A stretch of DNA of 64,000 nucleotides from Mobula hypostoma (taxonomy: Eukaryota): positions 99,140,001-99,204,000 of the forward strand of contig NC_086108.1 of NCBI RefSeq assembly GCF_963921235.1, written 5' to 3'. Below the pieces are notes generated by a model. The model was not told where the DNA came from. It did not search any database and saw only the letters and a program-made list of their open reading frames with translations. This document shows, piece after piece, positions 52,780-64,000 of this stretch; positions within the stretch are counted from its first letter, which is position 1, and every line of letters starts with the position of its first letter. A program made the position numbers and the translations under genes.

Positions 52780-54972
52780 TAGTTCAGGCATATTAGTATT
52801 ACAGTGGAGTAAAGGAAATTACAGAGGCATGAGAGAGGAGGTGGCCAGAATTGATCAGAACAGAACATTGGCTGGGATGATGGCAGAGCAGCGATAGCTG
52901 GAAGTTCTGGAAGCAATTCGGAAGGCACAGGATATATACATCCCCAAGAGGAAGAAGTATTCTCAAAGCAAGTTGATACAACCATGGCTAACAAGGGAAG
53001 CCAAAGCAAACATAAAAGTCCACGAGAGGGCATATAATAGAGCAAAAATTAATTGGAAAATAGGGGAATGCGAAGCTTTTAAATGGCAACGGAAGGCTAC
53101 TAAAAAGTCATGGGGGAAAAGATAAAATATGAAAGTAAACAAGCCAGTGATATCAAAGAGGATACCAAAAGTTTGTTCAGATACATAAAGTGTAAAAGAG
53201 AGGCAAAAGTGGACATCGGACCACTGGAACACCATTCTGGAGAGGTAGTAATGGGGGATAGGGAAATGGTGGTTGAACTGAATAAGTACTTTGCATCAGT
53301 CTTCATTGTGGAAGACACTCGCAGTATAGTGTAAGTTCCAGGTCTCAGGGGTCATGAAGTGTGCGAAGTTAGGGAAAAGGTTCCTGGAAATGGAAAGGTC
53401 TGAAGGTAGGTAAGTCACCTGGACCAGGTGGTGCACACTCCAGGGTTCTGAAAGAGGTTGCTGAAGAGATTGTGAAGGCATTAGTCATGATCTTTCAAGA
53501 ATCACTAGATTTTGGAATTGTTCTGGAAGACTGAAAAATTGCAAATGTCACTCCACTCTTCAAAAAAGGAGAGAGAGGCAGAAGAAAGGAAATTATACGC
53601 TAGATAACCTGACCTCAGTGGTTGGGAATATGTTGGAATCGATTGTTAAGGATTTGGTCTCAGGGTACTTGGAGGCACATGATAAAATAGGCCATAGTCA
53701 GCATGGCTTCCTCAAGGGAAAATCTTGCATGACAAATCTGTTGGAATTCTTTGAAGAAATAACAAGCAGGATGGATAAAGGAGAATCAATGGATGTTGTG
53801 TACATGGAGTTTCAGAAGGCCTTTGACTAAGCGTTACACATGAGGCTGCTTAACAAGCTACAAGCCCATGGTATTACAGGAAAGAGACTAGCATGGATGC
53901 AGCAGTGGTTGATTGGTAGGAGGTAATGATTAGGAATAAAGGGAGCCTTTTCTGGTTGGCTGCCAGTGGTTAGTGGTGTTCCACAGGGGTCTGTGCTTGG
54001 ACCAATTCTTTTTATATGTCAATGATTTGGATGATGGAATTGATGGCTTTGTTGCAAAGTTTTCAGACGATACGAAGCTAGGTGGACAGGCAAGTAGTTT
54101 AAAGGATGTAGAGTGGCTACAGAAGGATTTAGACAGATTAGGAGAATTGGTTAAGAACTGGCAGGAGGAATATAGTGCAGGAAAGTGTATGGTCAGGCAC
54201 ATTGGTAGAAGGTATAAAAGGATTCCTCTAAACGGAGGAAAATTCAAAAATTTGAGGCACAAAGGGACTTGGGAGTCCTTGTGCAAGATTCCCTAAAGGT
54301 TAATTTGTTGAGGAACACAAATATGATATTAGCATTCATTTCAAGAAGACTAGAATATAAAATCCAGGAGATAATATTGAGACTTTATAAAGCACTGGTG
54401 AGGTCTCACTTGGAGTATTGTGAGCAGTTTTGGGCCCCTTATCTTAGAAAGGATGTGCTGAAGCTGGAGCGAGTTCATTGGAGGTTCATGAAAATGATTC
54501 GTGGTTTAAGCAGCTCGTCCTATGAAAAGCATTTGATGGCTCTGGGCCTGGATTCACTGGAGTTTAGATGAATGAGGGGTGATCTAATTGAAACCTACCG
54601 AATGGTGAATGGCCTTGATAGAGTTAATGTTGGGAGGATGTTTCCCATGGTGGGAGCGTCTAAGACCAGAGCACACAGCCTCAAAATAGAGGGGTATCCT
54701 TTTAGAACGGAGATGTGGAGGAATTTCTTTAGACAGAGAGTGGTGAATCTGTGGAATTTGTTGCCACAGGCAGCTGTGGAAGCCAGTTTTTGTAATGTAT
54801 ATTTAAGGCAGAGGTTGATAGATTCTTGATTAGTCAGGTAATGAAGGGTTACAGGGGAGAAGGCAGGAGATTAGGGCTGAGAAGGAAAATGGATCAGACA
54901 TGATGAAATGGCAGAGCAGACTCGATGAGCCAAATAGCCTAATTCTGCTCCTATATCCTATGGTCTTATGGT
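52780..54972 (+). mobile_element. decayed CR1 ORF2 through to the 3' end
   Basis: RT motifs QHGFLKGKSC.TNLLEFF and KFSDDTKLGG, plus LVRSHLEYC.QFWAP, split by stops and frameshifts; (TATGGTCT)n tail. Confidence 0.93.
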
Positions 54973-55135
54973 CTAGCTTGGCTCTTGGATGGAGACACAA
55001 GGGACTGAAAATGTTGGAACCTACAGCAAAAAAATCAATCTGCTGGAGCAACTCAATGGATTGGGAAACATCGGTAGAGAGAAATGGATAATTGACGTTT
55101 CAGGTCAAGACCTTTCATCTAGACTGAAGGGTTAT

Positions 55136-56652
55136 ATAGAAACATAGAAACATAGAAAACAGGTGTAGGAGTAGGCCATTCGGCCCCTCGAGCCTGCACC
55201 ACCATTCAGTATGATCATGGCTGATCATCCAACTCAGAACCCTGCACCAGCCTTCCCTCCATACCCCCTGATCCCTTTAGCCACAAGGGCCATATCTAAC
55301 TCCCTCTTAAATATAGCCAATGAACTGGCCTCAACTGTTTCCTGTGGCAGAGAATTCCACAGATTCACCACTCTCTGTGTGAAGAAGTTTTTCCTAATCT
55401 CGGTCCTAAAAGGCTTCCCCTTTATCCTGAAACTGTGACCCCTCGTTCTGGACTTCCCCAACATCGGGAACAATCTTCCTGCATCTAGCCTGTCCAATCC
55501 CTTTAGGATTTTATATGTTTCAATCAGATCCCCCCTCAATCTTCTAAATTCCAACGAGTATAAGCCTAGTTCATCCAGTCTTTCATCATATGAAAGTCCT
55601 GCCATCCCAGGAATCAATCTGGTGAATCTTCTTTGTACTCCCTCTATGGCAAGGATGTCTTTCCTCAGATTAGGGGACCAAAACTGCACACAATACTCCA
55701 GGTGTGGTCTCACCAAGGCCTTGTACAACTGCAGTAGTACCTCCCTGCTCCTGTACTCGAATCCTCTCGCTATAAATGCCAGCATACCATTCGCCTTTTT
55801 CACTGCCTGCTGTACCTGCATGCCCACTTTCAATGACTGGTATATAATGACACCCAGGCCTCGTTGCACCTCCACTTTTCCTAATCGACCACCATTCAGA
55901 TAATAATCTGTTTTCCTGTTTTTGTCACCAAAGTGGATAACTTCACATTTATCCACATTAAATTGCATCTGCCATGAATTTGCCCACTCATTTAACCTAT
56001 CCAAGTCACCCTGCATCCTCTTAGCATCCTCCTCACAGCTAACACTGCTGCCCAGCTTCGTGTCATCCGCAAACTTGGAGATGCTGCATTTAATTCCCTC
56101 ATCCAAGTCATTAATATATATTGTAAACAACTGGGGTCCCAGCACTGAGCCTTGCGGTACCCCACTAGTCACTGCCTGCCATTCTGAAAAGGTCCCGTTT
56201 ATTCCCACTCTTTGCTTCCTGTCTGCCAACCAATTCTCCACCCACACCAATACCTTACCCCCAATACCATGTCCTTTAAGTTTGCACACTAATCTCCTGT
56301 GTGGGACCTTGTCAAAAGCCTTTTGAAAATCCAAATATATCACATCCACTGGTTCTCCCCTATCCACTCTACTAGTTACATCCTCAAAAAATTCTATGAG
56401 ATTCGTCAGACATGATTTTCCTTTCACAAATCCATGCTGACTTTGTCCGATCATTTCACCGCTTTCCAAATGTGCTGTTATCACATCCTTGATAACTGAC
56501 TCCAGCAGTTTCCCCACCACCGACGTTAGGCTAACCGGTCTATAATTCCCCAGTTTCTCTCTCCCTCCTTTTTTAAAAAGTGGGGTTACATTAGCCACCC
56601 TCCAATCCTCAGGAACTAGTCCAGAACCTAAAGAGTTTTGAAAAATTATCAT
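55136..56652 (-). mobile_element. young 5'-truncated CR1 LINE
   Basis: Uninterrupted ORF and an intact (TTTCTATG)n tail at 55136-55160. Confidence 0.96.
55234..56652 (-). pseudogene. CR1 ORF2 reverse transcriptase domain and C-terminus (472 aa open, N-terminally truncated)
   Basis: NYRPVSLTS, QHGF, YLDFQKAFDKVPH, GVPQGSVLGP and FADDTK motifs. Confidence 0.95.
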
Positions 56653-56721
56653 CCACTATTTCTTGGGCATATGTGATGGGTCTTGACCTGTAGTGTCAAC
56701 CAAGCATTTCCCTCCACTAAT

Positions 56722-57052
56722 ACAGGGTAGCACGGTAGCGTAGTGGCTAGTGTAATGCTTTACAGCGCCAACGATCAGGATTGAAGTTGCGGAACTACTC
56801 TTAAGGAGTTTGTAAGTTCTTCCTGAGACCACATGGGTTTCCTTTGGGTGCTCCAGCTGCCTCCCACATCCCAAAGGTGTATTGGTTAGTAAGTTATGAG
56901 CATGGTACGTTTGCGTTGGAAGCATGGCTCCCCTTGCGGACTGCCCCCAGCACATATTTGGACTGTGTTAAACATTGTTGCAAACAACATGTTTCACTGT
57001 TTGTTTCAATGGTTTGATGCACCTGTGACAAATAAAGCTAATCTTTATCTTT
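56722..57052 (+). mobile_element. V-SINE
   Basis: ggtagcacggtagcgtagtgg A box, V core, AATAAA and a (ATCTTT)n tail. Confidence 0.8.
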
Positions 57053-57839
57053 AAAGAAGCTGCCTGACTTGCTGAGTTCCTCCAGTATTATGTTTTGGCT
57101 TTTGGATGTCCTGGCTTTAATTATAAATTTACGTTGAATAATTTTCCATATTTCCCAACCAATGGAAACTAGTTCCTGTAGCTACTTAACCCAATCCCAT
57201 TAACATCCTGCAAGCTGCAATTAAATCAATCATTGACTTTTGAGATTTAGGGATCACAGCTTTGGTCAGTGAAAATGCTTCTTCTTGTTAAATCTTTAGA
57301 GTCCAGGAATAACTCTGATACATTTACCTTCACTTCCTTTAGGGTTTCTCATTCAGATTCAGATTCAAATCACATGAACATGAAAACATACAATGAAACT
57401 ATATGTATACACTAAAGTTTTATCTTTCAGTCAAATCACCTTTCACTCTTCTAAACTCTGGTATTGCTGAAGAAGATGGACTCTTAATCTCATTGTCTAC
57501 CTCATTGGGGTCTTGCATCTCATTGTGTTGTTGCACAGTTCTTTCTCTATAACTGTAACACTGCATTCTGTTAATGCTTTTCTCTTTCATGACTTCAATA
57601 TAATGATGTTTCAAAATGACCTACAGTATATAGAAGGCATGTAAAACAAAGTTTTTCTCTGTATCTTGTTACATGTGACAATAATAAACCAATTATGAAT
57701 CGGTAGATGCAGGCCAAGCTTGTGAATTATCTCTGTATTATATAATGGACTAGATCCCCAGTGGGTTACTGATTTTAGCTACATGTCCAACTTCTCAACA
57801 CTGTTCCTAAGTCATTTACATCATGTTCCTAAGTACTGT

Positions 57840-58030
57840 AAGAATATGACCACAGAGCACAGTAATTCTAGGTATGGTTCATCAATATCCAATATAACTG
57901 AAGCATAATCTCAGTATTTTTGCAAACAATTTCCCTGCAGTTAACAATGACAATTTGTTAGCTTTCTAAATTACTAGCTGTATCTACATTCTAGCTTTTT
58001 GCAACTCATCTAAAAGGACACTCAGAACTC
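57840..58030 (-). mobile_element. very old CR1 ORF2 remnant adjoining the minisatellite
   Basis: Weak by-eye similarity to 55675-55870. Confidence 0.5.
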
Positions 58031-60726
58031 TGCCATCTTCACTGACTCTGTGTCTGAGAGCCCTGTTGTCTTCACTGACTCTGTGTCTGAGAGCCCTGTT
58101 GTCTTCACTGACTCTGTGTCTCAGAGCCCTGTTGTCTTCACTGACTCTGTGTCTGAGAACCCTGTTGTCTTCACTGACTCTGTGTCTGAGAGCCCTGTTG
58201 TCTTCACTGACTCTGTGTCTGAGAGCCCTGTTGTCTTCACTGACTCTGTGTCTCAGAGCCCTGTTGTCTTCACTGACTCTGTGTCTGAGAGCCCTGTTGT
58301 CTTCACTGACTCTGTGTCTGAGAGCCCCGTTGTCTTCACTGACTCTATGTCTGAGAGCCCTGTTGTCTTCACTGACTCTGTGTCTCAGAGCCCTGTTGTC
58401 TTCACTGACTCTGCGTCTCAGAGACCTGCCAACTTCACTGACTCTGTGTCTGAGAGCCCTGTTGTCTTCACTGACTCTGTGTCTCAGAGTCCTGTTGTCT
58501 TCACTGACTCTGTGTCTCAGAGTCCTGTTGTCTTCACTGACTCTGTGTCTCAGAGTCCTGTTGTCTTCACTGACTCTGTGTCTCAGAGCCCTGTTGTCTT
58601 CACTGACTCTGTGTCTGAGAGCCCTGTTGTCTTCACTGACTCTGTGTCTGAGAGCCCTGTTGTCTTCACTGACTCTGTGTCTCAGAGACCTGCTGTCTTC
58701 ACTGACTCTGTGTCTGAGAGCCCCATTGTCTTCACTGACTCTGTGTCTGAGAGCCCTGTTGTCTTCACTGACTCTGTGTCTCAGAGCCCTGTTGTCTTCA
58801 CTGACTCTGTGTCTCAGAGCCCTGTTGTCTTCACTGACTCTGTGTCTGAGAGCCCTGTTGTCTTCACTGACTCTGTGTCTCAGAGCCCTGTTGTCTTCAC
58901 TGACTCTGTGTCTCTGAGCCCTGTTGTCTTCACTGACTCTGTGTCTGAGAGCCCTGTTGTCTTCACTGACTCTGTGTCTCAGAGCCCTGTTGTCTTCACT
59001 GACTCTGTGTCTGAGAACCCTGTTGTCTTCACTGACTCTGTGTCTGAGAGCCCTGTTGTCTTCACTGACTCTGTGTCTGAGAGCCCTGTTGTCTTCACTG
59101 ACTCTGTGTCTGAGAGCCCTGTTGTCTTCACTGACTCTGTGTCTGAGAGCCCTGTTGTCTTCACTGACTCTGTGTCTGAGAGCCCCGTTGTCTTCACTGA
59201 CTCTATGTCTCAGAGCCCTGTTGTCTTCACTGACTCTGTGTCTCAGAGCCCTGTTGTCTTCACTGACTCTGTGTCTCAGAGACCTGCCAACTTCACTGAC
59301 TCTGTGTCTGAGAGCCCTGTTGTCTTCACTGACTCTGTGTCTCAGAGTCCTGTTGTCTTCACTGACTCTGTGTCTCAGAGTCCTGTTGTCTTCACTGACT
59401 CTGTGTCTCAGAGTCCTGTTGTCTTCACTGACTCTGTCTCAGAGCCCTGTTGTCTTCACTGACTCTGTGTCTGAGAGCCCTGTTGTCTTCACTGACTCTG
59501 TGTCTGAGAGCCCTGTTGTCTTCACTGACTCTGTGTCTCAGAGACCTGCTGTCTTCACTGACTCTGTGTCTGAGAGCCCCATTGTCTTCACTGACTCTGT
59601 GTCTGAGAGCCCTGTTGTCTTCACTGACTCTGTGTCTCAGAGCCCTGTTGTCTTCACTGACTCTGTGTCTGAGAGCCCTGTTGTCTTCACTGACTCTGTG
59701 TCTCAGAGCCCTGTTGTCTTCACTGACTCTGTGTCTCAGAGCCCTGTTGTCTTCACTGACTCTGTGTCTGAGAGCCCTGTTGTCTTCACTGACTCTGTGT
59801 CTCAGAGCCCTGTTGTCTTCACTGACTCTGTGTCTGAGAGCCCTGTTGTCTTCACTGACTCTGTGTCTCAGAGCCCTGTTGTCTTCACTGACTCTGTGTC
59901 TCAGAGCCCTGTTGTCTTCACTGACTCTGTGTCTGAGAGCCCTGTTGTCTTCACTGACTCTGTGTCTGAGAGCCCTGTTGTCTTCACTGACTCTGTGTCT
60001 CAGAGCCCTGTTGTCTTCACTGACTCTGTGTCTGAGAGCCCTGTTGTCTTCACTGACTCTGTGTCTCAGAGCCCTGTTGTCTTCACTGACTCTGTGTCTC
60101 AGAGCCCTGTTGTCTTCACTGACTCTGTGTCTGAGAGCCCTGTTGTCTTCACTGACTCTGTGTCTGAGAGCCCTGTTGTCTTCACTGACTCTGTGTCTCA
60201 GAGCCCTGTTGTCTTCACTGACTCTGTGTCTCAGAGCCCTGTTGTCTTCACTGACAGTGTCTGAGAGCCCTGTTGTCTTCACTGACAGTGTCTCAGAGCC
60301 CTGTTGTCTTCACTGACTCTGTGTCTCAGAGCCCTGTTGTCTTCACTGACTCTATGTCTCAGAGTCCTGTTGTCTTCACTGACTCTGTGTCTGAGAGCCC
60401 TGTTGTCTTCACTGACTCTGTGTCTCAGAGCCCTGTTGTCTTCACTGACTCTGTGTCTCAGAGCCCTGTTGTCTTCACTGACTCTGTGTCTCAGATCCCT
60501 GTTGTCTTCACTGACAGTGTCTCAGAGCCCTGTTGTCTTCACTGACTCTGTGTCTGAGAGCCCTGTTGTCTTCACTGACTCTGTGTCTCAGAGCCCTGTT
60601 GTCTTCACTGACTCTGTGTCTGAGAGCCCTGTTGTCTTCACTGACTCTGTGTCTCAGATCCCTGTTGTCTTCACTGACAGTGTCTCAGAGCCCTGTTGTC
60701 TTCACTGACTCTGCCTCTCTGCCATC
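58028..60726. repeat. 33-bp minisatellite, consensus TCTSAGAGCCCTGTTGTCTTCACTGACTCTGTG, about 81 units
   Basis: Tandem units are directly visible, with a G/C dimorphism and a few 31-bp units. Confidence 0.99.
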
Positions 60727-60794
60727 ATCATACTTCGCATCCGAGCGCTGGGAGCCTTCATCGAAGGCATTTACATAAATAGTTACATGTTGCG

Positions 60795-61225
60795 GTCCAA
60801 TTGATGAATCTCAATACATAAAAAGCATGCAGACATGTTCTACTGGTGTGCAGATCATACATCAGAATGGGGAACAAATGTGAATTCAATGACATTTACC
60901 TCTAAAAGTGCCGGATTCTTGGAATTTTAACACACAACAGTCACTACAGTTGACAGTGAATGGTGCAAAAAACAAAAAAAAAATCCGATGAGAGGCAGTT
61001 CTGCGGGCAAAAACACCTTGTGCATGAGAGAGGTCAGAGGAGGATGGCCAGACTGGTTCAAGCTGATAGGAGAGTGACAGTAACTCAAATAACCATACGT
61101 TACAAGCACGTTGTGCAGTAGAGCATCCCCGAATGCACAACACACCGAACCCGAAAGAGGATGAGATACAGCTGCAGAAGACCATGAACATACACTCAGT
61201 GGCCACTTTGTTAGATACAGGTGGT
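60795..61225 (+). mobile_element. Tc1/mariner derivative, same family as 49670-50228
   Basis: Encodes RGQRRMARLVQADR..TVTQIT and ends in tacactcagtggccactttgttagatac. Confidence 0.85.
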
Positions 61226-61227
61226 AT

Positions 61228-61800
61228 CAGGGGAATAGAATATAAAGGAAGGAGATAATGTTGAATCTTTATAAGACACTCGCCAGGCTGCACTTGGAGT
61301 ATTGTCAATAGTTTTGGGCTCCATATCTCAGGAAGAATGTGTTTGCATTGGACAGAGCCCAAAGGAGGTTCACAAGGATGATTCTGGGAATGAAGGGTTT
61401 AAAATATGAGGAGCACTTAGCAGCTATGGGCCTGTACTCACTGGAATTTAGAAGAATGCTTGGGGATTTCATTGAAACCCACTGAACGTTAAAATGGACC
61501 AGATAGAGTGAATGTGGAGAGGATGTTTCCTGTGCTGGGGGTATCCAGAACTAGAGGGCACAGCCTCAAAATTGAGGGGCAACCCTTTAGAACAGAGGTA
61601 AGGAGGAATTTTTTTAGTGTCCGCATGTATATTTAAGGCAGAAGTTGATTGTTCCCTGATCGCTCAGGGTGCCAAAGGGTATGGTGAGGAGGTAGGTGTA
61701 TGGGGTTGAGTGGGATTCGAGATCAGCCATGATGGAACAGTGGAGCAGACTCGATGGGTCGAATGGCCTAATTCTGTTTCTATGTCTTATGGTCTTATGA
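61228..61800 (+). mobile_element. CR1 3' end
   Basis: HLEYCQ.FWAP and SRTRGHSLKI motifs with a (TCTTATGG)n tail. Confidence 0.9.
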
Positions 61801-61851
61801 TTTCTGTTTCAGAGAACACATCTCCTTTCCCTCAACCACGGGAGATTCTGC

Positions 61852-62365
61852 AGACACGAGAAAATCTGCAGATACTGTAAATCCAAAGAAACACACAGAA
61901 AATGCTGGAGGAACTCAGCAGGTCAGGCAGCATCTATGGAAAAGAATAAACAGGTGACATTTTGGTCTGAGACCATTCTTCAGGTCTGAGAGGGAAGGGA
62001 GGAGATGCCTGAATTAAAAGGTGAGGGGAAGGAGGCTAGATTGGTGAGGATAGGTGGGTGGGAAAGGGTTGGAGAAGAAAGAATCTGATGGGAGAGGAGA
62101 ATGGACCATAGGAGAAAGGGAAGGAGGAAGGAACCCAGGGGAAAGTAAGAGGCAGGTGTGAAGAAGTGAAAGTTTAGAGTGGGGAATAGGGGAAAGGGTG
62201 GGGGGGGGTGCAGATTTATTCACCAGAAAGGGAAATCAATATTCATGCCATCAGGTTTGAGGGTACCTAGGTGCAATATAAAGTGTTGCTCCTCCATCCT
62301 GAAGGTGGCCTAATCTTGGCACAAGACGTGGCCAAGGATCAACATGTCAGAACGGGAATGGGAGT
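61852..62365 (-). mobile_element. Penelope 3' fragment, with a further tail piece at about 62370-62500
   Basis: Same family as 51535-52020. The hammerhead is decayed. Confidence 0.8.
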
Positions 62366-62689
62366 CTGTGGGGATCTGCTGGAATTTCAAATCATTATAT
62401 TGTACACAAAATGCTGGAGGAATTCAGCAAGTCTTGCAGCATCCATGGAGGAGAATAAATAGAGAGTAGACAGGACTGGAAAGGAAGGGGAAAGAAGCCA
62501 GAGTCTGTAATTTTCTAAGTTCTCTGTTTCAGTATCTTTAATAACAGCTTCAAACATGTTCCTGTGATGGACGTTTGTTAAGCTACTGGGCTGTAGTTTC
62601 CTGTTTTCAGTCTGCCTCACTTTTTGAATAAATTATGTTATTTTTCTAACTAATCTAATAGAACTTTCTCTGAAATTTGGCAACTTTAA

Positions 62690-63203
62690 GTTCCTGGGCG
62701 ACAACATAACCGAGGATCTGTCCTCGGCCCGACACACTGATGCTTGGCAGTGGAGACTATTCTGATTGTTTGCACCATAGCCTGGTGTGGAGGCTCAGAT
62801 GCTCAGGGTCACAAGAGGCTGCGGTGAGCTGTAGCCTCAGACAGCTCCATCAGAGGCATGACCCTCCCCACCATCGAAGACATCCACAAGGGGTGGTTTC
62901 TCAAGAAGGCAGCATCCATTGCTAAGAATCCCCACTATCTGGGGCACGCTCACTTATTGTTCGGGGCAAGCTAAACGAGCCTGAAGGACCACATCGAATG
63001 ATTCAGGAACAGCTTCTTCCCCTCTGCCATCAGATTTCTGAATGTTCTAGGAACTCTGAACACTACCTCAGTATACCTTTAGTTTTGTGCTGTATATTTA
63101 CTTTGTAATATATCATAATTTAAAGTCTTTACTCAGTACTACTGCTGCTGACTCACAAATTTCATGTCATATAAGACAGCAAAAGTAAAACTTGATCCTG
63201 ATC
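62690..63203 (+). mobile_element. Rex1/Babar- or L2-like LINE 3' end
   Basis: KFLG..I.EDLS and FRNSFFPSAIRFLN motifs. Confidence 0.7.
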
Positions 63204-63204
63204 C

Positions 63205-64000
63205 ATAGAAACATAGAAAATCTACAGCACAATACAGGCCCTTTGGCCCACAATGCTGTGCTGAACATGTACAAACGTTTGTACTTACTTTAGAAGTTAC
63301 CTAGGGTTACCCATAGCTCTCTATTTTTCTATGCTCTATGTACCTATCCAGGAGTCTCTTAAAAGACCCTATCGTATCTGCCTGCATCATCTGAGTCACT
63401 GGTCACTTATAATGATTGAGGATGGAGTCCTTCAGGAGTCTGAGAATTAGAGTCATACAGCACAGAACAGAGACCTTCAGACCAAATAGTCCACAACTAT
63501 AGCCAAGATTCCTATCTAGGCTAATCCTATTTGGCTATCTAGGCAAATCCTTATCTTTCCTATTCATCCAACTTCTAAATTCTGCTGGCAGTTCATTCAA
63601 TATGCTGACTACTTCCTGAGTGAAAAGATTTCCCAACCCCGCTATTCCCAGATTCCTATTGTATCTACACCCTCTCACCCTAATCCTATGCCGTCTAGTC
63701 CTCGAATCCCTATCCCTCGGTAAATGACTGTGTGCATTCACCCTATCGATGCCCCTCCTGGTTTTATACATCTCCATAGATCCTGTCAACTCACAGTTTC
63801 AATGACTTCCCCTGTAGCACTCCTCTAACCATCATCATTTTCCTGAAGACCTTCCTCAAGTCCAATTCCCAGTTTACAGCTGAGATGTTACTTGCTGCTT
63901 CTATAGTGAAAACTTTTAAGACCATAAGATATAGAAGCAGAATTAGGCCATTTGGCCCATCAAGTCTGCTGCACCATTTCATCATGGCTGATCCATTTCT
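63205..64000 (-). mobile_element. three CR1 3'-end fragments (63205-63390, 63450-63785, 63920-64000)
   Basis: (ATAGAAAC)n and gaccataaga tails; encodes YKTRRGIDRV...SRTRRHR...FTQEVV..LNELP. Confidence 0.8.

Noticed and set aside
58050..59462. 470-aa (SESPVVFTDSV)n protein
   Set aside because: It is a by-product of a 33-bp unit. Several frames and both strands are open, 2-bp deletions break the frame, and there is no non-repeat domain.

Overview
Eukaryotic, repeat-dominated DNA. The repeat families (CR1 LINEs, V-domain tRNA SINEs, Penelope, Tc1) suggest a cartilaginous fish such as a ray; that is inference. Positions 1-35363 are one C-rich 44-bp satellite array of roughly 790 monomers, with irregular higher-order duplications and a 200-N gap at 27023-27222. 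All of its long PTS-rich ORFs are artefacts. Positions 35364-64000 are a nested mosaic of retroelement and transposon pieces: CR1 (one young copy keeps an open 472-aa RT frame), Penelope fragments with a GIY-YIG endonuclease and minimal hammerhead ribozymes, SINEs, Tc1 derivatives, a probable solo LTR, and a 33-bp minisatellite at 58028-60726. No host gene can be supported. The most interesting signal is at RNA level. Two unrelated non-coding, TSD-flanked retroposons (43506-44022 + and 44567-45151 -) each begin with a predicted HDV-like ribozyme fold that has an extra hairpin in L3. There are also several tiny ORF-less inverted-repeat Penelope derivatives carrying hammerheads. Boundaries of degraded repeats are approximate and family names come from recognition by eye, not from searches.
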